A stretch of DNA of 29,764 bases from a virus (Duplodnaviria > Caudoviricetes). Of the stretch, positions 7,848 through 15,913 are shown in pieces (the stretch's first letter is position 1; each line of letters begins with the position of its first letter). The notes beneath the pieces were generated by a model that was not told where the DNA came from, did not search any database, and was given only the letters and a program-made list of their open reading frames with translations. Where the stretch lies: IMG/VR virus record IMGVR_UViG_3300035701_000195, positions 1 to 29,764 of that record; one strand, written 5' to 3'. Position numbers and translations under genes: made by a program.

Positions 7848-10433
7848 CTAAAACTGGTTGACCACCGATCCCAGTCCATGCTTTTGTAAAAAATATGCCA
7901 TCGGAGTTGTCCTACGGTACTGGTTATATTCCGTATCCGGGCTTGTGATGAGATGGAATGCCTCGGCATCAAGACAGATGGCCGCCCTCCATGACGTTTT
8001 CTTTAACTCCAGAAAAAAGTCTATGTGTTCATATTCGATTTTTATCCGGTTATCCCACATCACGTCCTTGAAGATTTTGCATTTGGCAAGGAAGATGTTC
8101 GGAACCTGATCGGCCAAGACATACTTAATGTCGCCGGCCGTCGCATGGACTTCGCGGGGAGCCGGGATTCTGGCGAGTAGTTTGCCCCGCATTTCAAATC
8201 GTAGCCCCTTGGCATAGTTCTCTCCGGCAAAGAATGCACCTTTTTCATATTTAAGCGTCGCTGCAACTAACCCGATATGCTCATCCGAATCGAGCACTTC
8301 TTTCATGTGTTTGATCGATTCAGGGTCCCTGATGACAACGTCGTCATCCGATATTAGAACATAATCTTCCTTGGCCTGTTTTATGATCGCATTCCGTCCT
8401 AGGGAAATCCCCGAATTGAATGGAAGGGAGATGATCACGTGTCCGCTCTTTTTGAGTTTCGCATAGGCCAGCGCTCTCTCGTCATCCTGCGGTCCATCGT
8501 CGGCAATGTAGAAGCGATAGGGTAGGCCGGACTTGGCGAGCGTTGCCCGATACGTTTCGAGCGTCTTGAATAATGTCTCACTCCTCATGAACGTCTTGAT
8601 CCCGACGGCAAGTTTATTTTCGCGGGCGGCAATAACGGCCTTCATGTCATTATCAATTATCCGTTGCCGGATTTCGGTCGTCGAAATACCCTGCGTATAA
8701 GGTAGATAAACCAATTTGCCGCCGTGCTTCCGGACATATGCCTCGCCGGGACATTGGTCCCAATCATCGCCGTGAACGAGATAATGAGGTTGAATGCCTG
8801 CCGCCTCAAGGTCGGCCGTCGAATTCCTGTCGTTCTGCATAATGGTTTTATCGACGCATTTCAAGGCTTCGACAATCCTCCGCCTAGCCTCGAATGGGAT
8901 GATCGGCTGGGACTTGTAATCCGATGCGGCCTTATCGGTCAGAACGCCGACAATGAGTTTCGTCCCAAGCGCCTTGGCCCGTTCAAGGATAGCCAGGTGT
9001 CCCTCATGGAAGAGGTCCCAGACGCCGCCGATGAATACGGCTTTCGCGCCCCGCTTGAAATAGTTTCGGTCAATGGCCCGGCAGTCATTCCAATATCGAT
9101 AGGCTCGTTGCCGTTGCCGCCAGTTCGATCCATAGCGCTCCAGAAGATATCGTTCCGGCGGGTTCGGGAGGAAGCATGGAAGGCCATGGAACGTGACCGG
9201 CTTCAGGTCTTTGAAGAGATGGGCCGAGAAAACATGCGGGAGAAATTCCAAATCGACGTCACGCCCGCCTTTCTTATTCGGCCCGAATGCGCCGTGCCAC
9301 CAAAAATCGCCGTCATCATAAAAAAAGAAAAGATCGACCTTGACGCCGTTCTTCCGGAAACTTAATTCCGTTTTTTTCTTGCCGTAAATCCACGCCCGCA
9401 AGAACTCAAACCCGGCCGCTATCATGTCGGCCTGGAGTTTATCCCAGAGTGCCGGTTCCTTCGGGTGAAGTCCGATGTCGATATCCGGATCATGTGGGAT
9501 GAACCCCTGTTCCCGTACCGCCCCGAGGCACGTCCCGGCCTCCAGCCACCAGATACACTTGTTGGCGGTTAGGACATCTATGATGAGTCCGAGGTTATCA
9601 CCCTTGAGATCAACCGGTTTCCCATCTCCCATCGCTTCGTAAGAAAGGGGCGATTCCGGATTGTAATCGCTGTTGACGTATTTGAGTCCCCATTTCTCGC
9701 CGAATAATTTCCACCCCACCGGACGGCATCGGTATTTCTTGTAATCGTCCGTTCCTTCCGGAAGGTGTTGCAACGATACGTCTCGGGTATAGGCGACACG
9801 CCATTTCATTTTTTGCTGGAGCCCCAGGAAGAAATCCTCGTGTTCCAGCGCCGTCTTAAATGCCTTATCCCATGGGTTATCGAACCATACCTGGCGACGC
9901 ATCAGGAAGATATTGAGGATAAGATCGAAACTCATGGTAAACTGAACGCCGGATGCCGTCTTCCGCCATACCGGAGAATCAATTTTCTCTATGAAATGCG
10001 TCGTGCCTTCACTATAAATCTTGCCTTCATAGTGCTGCTCTCGGCCATCCTTGAGGAACATTAGGCAGCCACAGAGTCCGGCCGTTGGTTCATCGTCTAG
10101 GACCGCCCGGAGTTTTTCAACTTTCGTCTCGTCGGTGAATACCGTGTCGTCTTCGATAATCATCAGGTATTCGTATTCCGGCGGGATAAGCTTCAGCGTT
10201 TCGTTCCGGACGCCGCTCACGCCGAGATCGAACGGAAGTTGGAAATGCGTGCATTCGGCAGCCTTCAGAAATTCCGTCTTTTTATCATCCGGATTCCCGT
10301 TGTCGCCCACGAAGATCGGGATATCGGGATAAAACTTCCTGATGCTTTCGACGCAACGCATAAGGAGTGCGTCCCGCATGAACGTCGTTATGATGATCGC
10401 GGTTCGATCAAGTCCCGGTGTCGGTTCCGTCAT
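7848..10433 (-). CDS. Four-domain enzyme: GT2 - LicD-type nucleotidyl/phosphotransferase - HxGH cytidylyltransferase - GT2 (861 aa)
   Basis: Two GT-A domains (TTFMR..GDNG..RN..EDD and KTFMR..ADDG..GRN..SDDD). LicD motif WLEAGTCLGAVREQGFIPHDPDIDIG. TagD-like motifs WDLFHEGH, HGDDW and YTQGISTTEIR. Confidence 0.88.
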   Translation of the reverse strand: MTEPTPGLDRTAIIITTFMRDALLMRCVESIRKFYPDIPIFVGDNGNPDDKKTEFLKAAECTHFQLPFDLGVSGVRNETLKLIPPEYEYLMIIEDDTVFTDETKVEKLRAVLDDEPTAGLCGCLMFLKDGREQHYEGKIYSEGTTHFIEKIDSPVWRKTASGVQFTMSFDLILNIFLMRRQVWFDNPWDKAFKTALEHEDFFLGLQQKMKWRVAYTRDVSLQHLPEGTDDYKKYRCRPVGWKLFGEKWGLKYVNSDYNPESPLSYEAMGDGKPVDLKGDNLGLIIDVLTANKCIWWLEAGTCLGAVREQGFIPHDPDIDIGLHPKEPALWDKLQADMIAAGFEFLRAWIYGKKKTELSFRKNGVKVDLFFFYDDGDFWWHGAFGPNKKGGRDVDLEFLPHVFSAHLFKDLKPVTFHGLPCFLPNPPERYLLERYGSNWRQRQRAYRYWNDCRAIDRNYFKRGAKAVFIGGVWDLFHEGHLAILERAKALGTKLIVGVLTDKAASDYKSQPIIPFEARRRIVEALKCVDKTIMQNDRNSTADLEAAGIQPHYLVHGDDWDQCPGEAYVRKHGGKLVYLPYTQGISTTEIRQRIIDNDMKAVIAARENKLAVGIKTFMRSETLFKTLETYRATLAKSGLPYRFYIADDGPQDDERALAYAKLKKSGHVIISLPFNSGISLGRNAIIKQAKEDYVLISDDDVVIRDPESIKHMKEVLDSDEHIGLVAATLKYEKGAFFAGENYAKGLRFEMRGKLLARIPAPREVHATAGDIKYVLADQVPNIFLAKCKIFKDVMWDNRIKIEYEHIDFFLELKKTSWRAAICLDAEAFHLITSPDTEYNQYRRTTPMAYFLQKHGLGSVVNQF

Positions 10434-11160
10434 TCCCTAATATCTCCCTCACGAGTGGTTGTGCAAAAACCCGCACTTTATTCTCTATGTGTTCCCGGAG
10501 TGTATAGCCATCCAGGTTCGGCTGCGGCTTATCCGTGTTTTCGCGGAATCTTGTCCCATACCAATGATGGTATAGGGTCGCTTTATCCCCGATCCATATT
10601 TCATCTCCGATACAATCGGGATAAACCTTCGTTCCCTTTTCAAGCCGATTGACTTTATATCCGAGGTCAAGTATCTGCCAATAAATACGTTGCGCCGTAT
10701 CCGTGGAGCGCGGGTCCAGTTCCGGCCGATAGGCGAAGGATAGGTAGTGCTCACGGATAAACCGCCGTTCAAAGAAAAACAGGGGCGGGTGGAGCGGCTT
10801 GTGCGCCGGACCGACACAACCGATGAGTCGCGTCAATCGGTCGGCTCCATAGAGCGCGATGAGATCGGTGTCCCACCCAACACGCTGAACATGGGTATCG
10901 ATATCAAGGATGCAGACATACCACCCGACGGCCGCATCGACCAGTTGATCCATCGCCCGGCCGTGTCCGAGATTTCCTTGATTCTCGATAAGCCGGACAT
11001 CGGGTTGTTGCCTCAACCAATCGAGGTTCCGCTTAAGCGATCCGTTATCGGCAATGATAATTTCATACGTTTTCGGAGTCGTGAACTTCCGGACGCTTTT
11101 CACGAGAAGTTCGGCCCATTCCGGGGAATCGACATTGGCGGCGGCGATGGTTAGGCGCAT
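10408..11160 (-). CDS. Glycosyltransferase family 2 (250 aa)
   Basis: YEIIIADNGS, NLGHGRAMD and the DxD motif LDID. Confidence 0.85.
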   Translation of the reverse strand: MRLTIAAANVDSPEWAELLVKSVRKFTTPKTYEIIIADNGSLKRNLDWLRQQPDVRLIENQGNLGHGRAMDQLVDAAVGWYVCILDIDTHVQRVGWDTDLIALYGADRLTRLIGCVGPAHKPLHPPLFFFERRFIREHYLSFAYRPELDPRSTDTAQRIYWQILDLGYKVNRLEKGTKVYPDCIGDEIWIGDKATLYHHWYGTRFRENTDKPQPNLDGYTLREHIENKVRVFAQPLVREILGNDGTDTGT

Positions 11161-11972
11161 CGAAGCCTTGCCAACTCTTCCCGAATCCGAACCCTGAGCA
11201 TTCTGCCCTTTTTCGTTTCTGCATTTTCCGGTTCAAGCCACGCTTGGGCGTGCCCCCAATGATGAAACGATGACAAGATATGGGGCGTCAATTCCCGATG
11301 GATATATCCTTTAGGGTTATCATGCCGCATCTTGCACCAAAGGACGCAGCCGGGATCGAAGATTACCTTGTCGGGTTTGAAATCTACTGCATATCTGCCC
11401 CATGTCGCCTGCGTGCACAGGAAAAGTGGATTATGCTCGGGCGGATAAAGATGGGAGCATTCTGTCCGCCACGGCTCATCTTCGCGCCGCAATTCGTCAA
11501 TCGACCAATCGACAGCCATGCCGTCCCGATAGGCCGTCATGTTTAGGAGCGCGAACCATGGCAAGAATTGTCCCGGCATATATCCCCGGCTACAATATCC
11601 GAACTTGTCTTTTTCGATTGCAACGATGAGGACATGGGGATCGGCGGCCAATCCCAGGAGGCCCGACAGCCAGCCGGGGCGGAGCACCTGGATGTCATTA
11701 TCCATGAGGACGGCGAAGTCGGCGTCCGAACCGTTGACGAGGGCGTTCAGCCCGACCCCGTGGCCCCGATGTGCATTCCCTAGAAGGATACGGTTGATCA
11801 GGCCAACATCTTGCGCCCGCGTGAGATAGATGAGTTCGCCCGGATTCGCTGAGGCGTCATCATAGACAATGACGCGGTGCGGCTCCGGCGTGAGCCGGGC
11901 GATGCTCTCGATGCACAACTCCAAGGCTTCGCGGCCATCAAAATTCGGGATTAGAATATCAACCGGCTTCAT
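11151..11972 (-). CDS. Glycosyltransferase family 2 (273 aa)
   Basis: DILIPNFD, VIVYDDAS and MDND. Start moved from track 11981 to the ATG at 11972, which overlaps the upstream stop (ATGA). Confidence 0.85.
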   Translation of the reverse strand: MKPVDILIPNFDGREALELCIESIARLTPEPHRVIVYDDASANPGELIYLTRAQDVGLINRILLGNAHRGHGVGLNALVNGSDADFAVLMDNDIQVLRPGWLSGLLGLAADPHVLIVAIEKDKFGYCSRGYMPGQFLPWFALLNMTAYRDGMAVDWSIDELRREDEPWRTECSHLYPPEHNPLFLCTQATWGRYAVDFKPDKVIFDPGCVLWCKMRHDNPKGYIHRELTPHILSSFHHWGHAQAWLEPENAETKKGRMLRVRIREELARLRCA

Positions 11973-12571
11973 TTGTCGCAATCAATAAACGGGTCGATAA
12001 TTCTAAACCCCTCGGAATATTTCGGATCCTTAAACCCGATCAATGTCACTTCTCCAAATCCTGCCTGCCATCCCGTCAATACCTTCGGGGAATGGCCCAG
12101 AAACACCGAGTGCTCATAAAGGAATTGGTGAATATATAATCCGAGCGATTCCAGGTGATCAAATACCACCTTGGACTTGAGACTGTGGAATTGGCCGTCG
12201 GGTGCAACAGCCAGTTCGTGTGGATTATTAAGCGCCGATCCCCACGAGATTACCAACATCCCGTCGCCCCGCATGAGGTCAACCATTTTGGCGAGGCTCT
12301 GTTTCCAGTACGGATCATGCTCCAACATCGAGGCCGAGGCGACCGTGTTAAAGCATGACGCCGGATATTGAAACTCATGCGTCAAGCTGACAACATCAAC
12401 ATCTTTTCCAGGACGCCAATCGACACCGATATAGTTTTTACAATGGAAATAATCGCGGATGGACCCGTTGATATTGGCTGCCCCGAACTCGATCACAACG
12501 GCCGGGTCGTTAAAATAGCACGGATATCGCTGACTCGTCTGCCTCCAGAAGTGCCGATTGAGGGGGTGCAT
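11969..12571 (-). CDS. Class I SAM-dependent methyltransferase, sugar O-methyltransferase-like (200 aa)
   Basis: VIEFGAANINGSIR, YIGVDWRPGKDVDVV and SMLEHDPYW, a pattern common in glycan-cluster methyltransferases. Confidence 0.82.
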   Translation of the reverse strand: MHPLNRHFWRQTSQRYPCYFNDPAVVIEFGAANINGSIRDYFHCKNYIGVDWRPGKDVDVVSLTHEFQYPASCFNTVASASMLEHDPYWKQSLAKMVDLMRGDGMLVISWGSALNNPHELAVAPDGQFHSLKSKVVFDHLESLGLYIHQFLYEHSVFLGHSPKVLTGWQAGFGEVTLIGFKDPKYSEGFRIIDPFIDCDK

Positions 12572-13308
12572 TATGAGGCATCCTTCCGCAACTTAATCAA
12601 CTCCGCTTGGACTGCTTCGTATTTCTGCTTTCTGACATCAAAGTTCGGACCGCTCATCGGCATGGAAAGAACGGAGATGTGACAGGGGTGATGGTAATAC
12701 GCGCCCGGCCCGTTCGGGAATGACGAAATCCCCTGCGGGAACGGGGCAAGAATGCGCCCCTGATCGAGTATGTTTTTATAAATCTGATGACCGGCAGGAT
12801 ATAACGCCATCGGCGTTGCGTCCCAACTAATAAATTCCGGTTTCGTCGTATAGTCCCATTCGGCGGGTTTAATGAACGGATACTGCGCCATATCCAGCAT
12901 AAAAAACCACGAGGCGATAGATACGTTATCGGGGAATACCTCCATATCGGTGATCATCGCTGCACCCGTTGCCTCTTGATGAGCAATCATCTTCTCAAGC
13001 CATCCGGAGCGCAGGATCTGGATATCGCAATCCAGAATCATGGCAAGATCGGTTGTCACGGCATTGAGCATCGTCCTGATGCCGCATCCCCATCCGCCGT
13101 GCGGGTTGCCTTCGATGAACTTGATCCAGCCTTTCTCTTGGGCGGCCCGGAGATATGTGAGGTCATCGCCGTAGTGTACGGGGTCCGAGGCGTCGTCATA
13201 GACAATCATTTCATACGGGCATTTCGTAAACCTCCGGACGGACTCTATGGCCAGGGCGACAGTATCGCCGGACTGGAAATTTGTCATGCAGATAGTGACG
13301 CTTTTCAA
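12571..13308 (-). CDS. Glycosyltransferase family 2 (245 aa)
   Basis: YEMIVYDDAS and LDCDIQILRSGWL; TTG start with gaggagagagg upstream. Confidence 0.85.
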   Translation of the reverse strand: MKSVTICMTNFQSGDTVALAIESVRRFTKCPYEMIVYDDASDPVHYGDDLTYLRAAQEKGWIKFIEGNPHGGWGCGIRTMLNAVTTDLAMILDCDIQILRSGWLEKMIAHQEATGAAMITDMEVFPDNVSIASWFFMLDMAQYPFIKPAEWDYTTKPEFISWDATPMALYPAGHQIYKNILDQGRILAPFPQGISSFPNGPGAYYHHPCHISVLSMPMSGPNFDVRKQKYEAVQAELIKLRKDAS

Positions 13309-13318
13309 CCCTCTCTCC

Positions 13319-13861
13319 TCATGGGCTCACTATAATTCCGATCCCGGTCCGGGGTTTGCTCCGGCTATCGATAGAGATAAAGACTTTTTCCCCGGATACG
13401 GTAGTAATCAATTCGCCCCACAATCGGTGCGGCCCGGCCAAGCCCGTGATATCGTGGAGGGCGACAATTCCGCTCGCGAGCGGTGCATATATCTCATAAT
13501 CCCGTTTAACGGATTGATAGTCATGCGCTCCGTCTATGAACAGAAGATCGATGGTCTGTCCGTTGAGCATAGTCCGGAGTCGGTCAAACGTTTCGGGTGC
13601 ATGACTATCGCCGAGAATGTCCGGCGCCCCCGACTTGTTTTGTATGTCGATTCCGATATGCCGAGCGTTCAAATAGTATTCGTAAAACGGCTTCTGCGCA
13701 TTCGCCCAAATCCCGATTTCGACAACTAGCGGACGTTCAATCTTATGTCGCTCAAAATAGGAGCGAACGATGTCCATATAGGCAAACCATTCCGGGCGGC
13801 CCTGCATGGGCAACGCGAAAGATTCCTCAAAGGATTCATAATCTTGAACGCAATACATCAT
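13319..13861 (-). CDS. Class I SAM-dependent methyltransferase (Methyltransf_24-like, 180 aa)
   Basis: VVEIG, DLLFIDGAHDY and GIVALHDI motifs. Confidence 0.85.
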   Translation of the reverse strand: MMYCVQDYESFEESFALPMQGRPEWFAYMDIVRSYFERHKIERPLVVEIGIWANAQKPFYEYYLNARHIGIDIQNKSGAPDILGDSHAPETFDRLRTMLNGQTIDLLFIDGAHDYQSVKRDYEIYAPLASGIVALHDITGLAGPHRLWGELITTVSGEKVFISIDSRSKPRTGIGIIVSP

Positions 13862-14715
13862 GAGGTTATACCATCTGTCCTCAGTTCCGCGAGTCGCTTA
13901 TCGACCTCGGCGAGTACGCTCTTGACATGGGGGTGATCGGGGCGATGCGAATTCCGGTCTATCCCACCCCTCCATATTATGTGCGTATTCCAATAATTAT
14001 CGGGTAGGGGTATCATCCTTAGTTCCGCCGGATTATCGAAATGGAGCCGTTCCCACAGCGTCCATCCTGTGTCGGCAAACACAAGCGGGGGCGTGCGCTC
14101 GGGCGTGCGAGGAGGCGTAAGTCCGGCGAATATCTCCGGCCGTTCGAACTCCTCAAATCCGATCTGCCGAAGTTCCCACTTATGGTCCGCGAAATGCCGC
14201 CGATAGAGCGGCATATTCAAGAGCATGATATTCGGCCAGTAGGTCGGCGTTATCCAACTCACGTCAAAATGGTTCCCCCCGTCGCGCTCGCGGGCCACGC
14301 CCAAATCGTGCTCCGGGTCTTTTATCAAGTCCGTGAGCGTATCCAGCCAATCGGGTCGGATGATCTCGGAATTGGAATTGAGGAGGAGCGCATAGTCCGC
14401 CGTCGATGCCGCGCATAACAGAGTCAGATTTTCGCCGTGTCCGTAGTGCGTGCCGGGATCCGTCTTTTCGATGAGTTGGATGTGCCCCATCCCGGCCATC
14501 GCCCGTAGGTATTCGCGCCGGTTGCCGTCATCGCCCGTGATTGAGATGGGCTGAGGATCACGCGCCCAGTTCATCCCCGATAGGCTCGTGACGGAACTGT
14601 TATCGCAAACGATGATCTTATATCCCGTCTCCGGCGACGTACGCTTTATGATCGACTCGACAGTCAGGCAAATCGAGTTCCAAGTGAAGCGGTTTGGAAT
14701 AAGGATGTCGATCAT
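13858..14715 (-). CDS. Glycosyltransferase family 2-like protein with a degenerate DxD motif (285 aa)
   Basis: IDILIPN, KIIVCDNSS, GHGENL and FADTG motifs; LNSN occupies the DxD position. Confidence 0.78.
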   Translation of the reverse strand: MIDILIPNRFTWNSICLTVESIIKRTSPETGYKIIVCDNSSVTSLSGMNWARDPQPISITGDDGNRREYLRAMAGMGHIQLIEKTDPGTHYGHGENLTLLCAASTADYALLLNSNSEIIRPDWLDTLTDLIKDPEHDLGVARERDGGNHFDVSWITPTYWPNIMLLNMPLYRRHFADHKWELRQIGFEEFERPEIFAGLTPPRTPERTPPLVFADTGWTLWERLHFDNPAELRMIPLPDNYWNTHIIWRGGIDRNSHRPDHPHVKSVLAEVDKRLAELRTDGITS

Positions 14716-15365
14716 GCCCTTGCTGTCTCCATCGGAATTACAAGTTGCGCTTGTGCTTCCTTGATTCGCCTTTCTGCTATAGCAAAATATCCGGGGTCAA
14801 TCTCAATGCCGATGAAATCGCGCCCGGTCTGGACGCAGGCAACGCCTGTCGTGCCGGAACCCATAAAAGGATCAAGGACAGTCGAACTGGGTCTTGCAAA
14901 TTGGGCAACAACTTTTTCGTAAACATCAACCTGCTTCATGGTCGGATGATTGAATTTGGGCAAGCCCGCCTTGCGAACTGTTTTATATAAATTCCAACCA
15001 CGCTTCACTATTTTGGGGTTGCCTTTCCCCAATAGGAATTTGCTTTGAAATACATCAAATCCGACTCGGCAAAACGCCATGGTGTTTTCCTGGGAGACAG
15101 CCAGCAAATCGAGAAATTCCCAATCCCCAATAAAATCCGGGAGCCTTAGAATTTTCTGTCTTGCCCAGTCGCTAATCAAAAAAGAATCGTCCTTTGCAAT
15201 GCGATAGAGTTCGGAGAAAACGTCTTTCAATAAGGTAGTGTTTGTAAATTCATCATTTGCAAATGCCTTGCCGACCCCATACGGCGGGTCCGTTATCACC
15301 GTGTCAACGGACTTGTTGGGGAGCGTTTTCATTACTTCCAGACAATCGCCGAGGATGAGTTTCAT
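14712..15365 (-). CDS. DNA methyltransferase, N6-adenine/N4-cytosine, beta class (217 aa)
   Basis: GDCLEVMK, TDPPY, HPTMK, VLDPFMGSGTTG and GIEID in beta-class motif order. Confidence 0.92.
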   Translation of the reverse strand: MKLILGDCLEVMKTLPNKSVDTVITDPPYGVGKAFANDEFTNTTLLKDVFSELYRIAKDDSFLISDWARQKILRLPDFIGDWEFLDLLAVSQENTMAFCRVGFDVFQSKFLLGKGNPKIVKRGWNLYKTVRKAGLPKFNHPTMKQVDVYEKVVAQFARPSSTVLDPFMGSGTTGVACVQTGRDFIGIEIDPGYFAIAERRIKEAQAQLVIPMETARA

Positions 15366-15913
15366 TGGCCCCTATATTCATTCTCAAGGATGCTCATGGC
15401 CAGATAATCCACGAATCGCCCGTTGCGGAAGATAGCCTCTCGGTGCTTCCCTTCGAGCTTGAACCCGGCGTTGAAATAGAGTTTCTTGCCGATCTCATTA
15501 GTATCGAGAACTAAGAGCCAGGTGCGATGCATTCCCATGTAATCAAAGCAATATTTGAGAAGTGCCTTATAAATCCGCGTCCCATATCCTTGCCCGCGCA
15601 TCGCCGGGACAACATCGGCCCCGATGCGGACGGAACGGTTGGGGCGGTCTATCTCATCCATCCGAATGATGCCGACGAAATCGCCCTCAAAATAGATAGG
15701 ATAGTGCTCATCCTGTCGCTCCATGAATACGGCGAAGTATTCTCGGGAAGGATCACCGTCCAGCCGCGAGAACCATTCCGCCTGCGCCTCGGCTGAGATA
15801 TGCCCGATTGAGGTAAGCTGGCTCCAGGTCGATGGATCATTTCGCAGGGTCCGGATCGCCTCAAGGTCCTTCTCCTCTACGGGCCGAAAGACGATGCCGT
15901 TACCCGCGAACAT
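15362..15913 (-). CDS. GNAT N-acetyltransferase (RimJ/PseH-like, 183 aa)
   Basis: RGQGYG acetyl-CoA motif, N..GKKLY...GFKLEG..R and MSILENEY; coupled to the DegT gene. Confidence 0.88.
   Translation of the reverse strand: MFAGNGIVFRPVEEKDLEAIRTLRNDPSTWSQLTSIGHISAEAQAEWFSRLDGDPSREYFAVFMERQDEHYPIYFEGDFVGIIRMDEIDRPNRSVRIGADVVPAMRGQGYGTRIYKALLKYCFDYMGMHRTWLLVLDTNEIGKKLYFNAGFKLEGKHREAIFRNGRFVDYLAMSILENEYRGQ

Noticed and set aside
14712-15365. Restriction-modification system
   Set aside because: No endonuclease or specificity subunit lies nearby.
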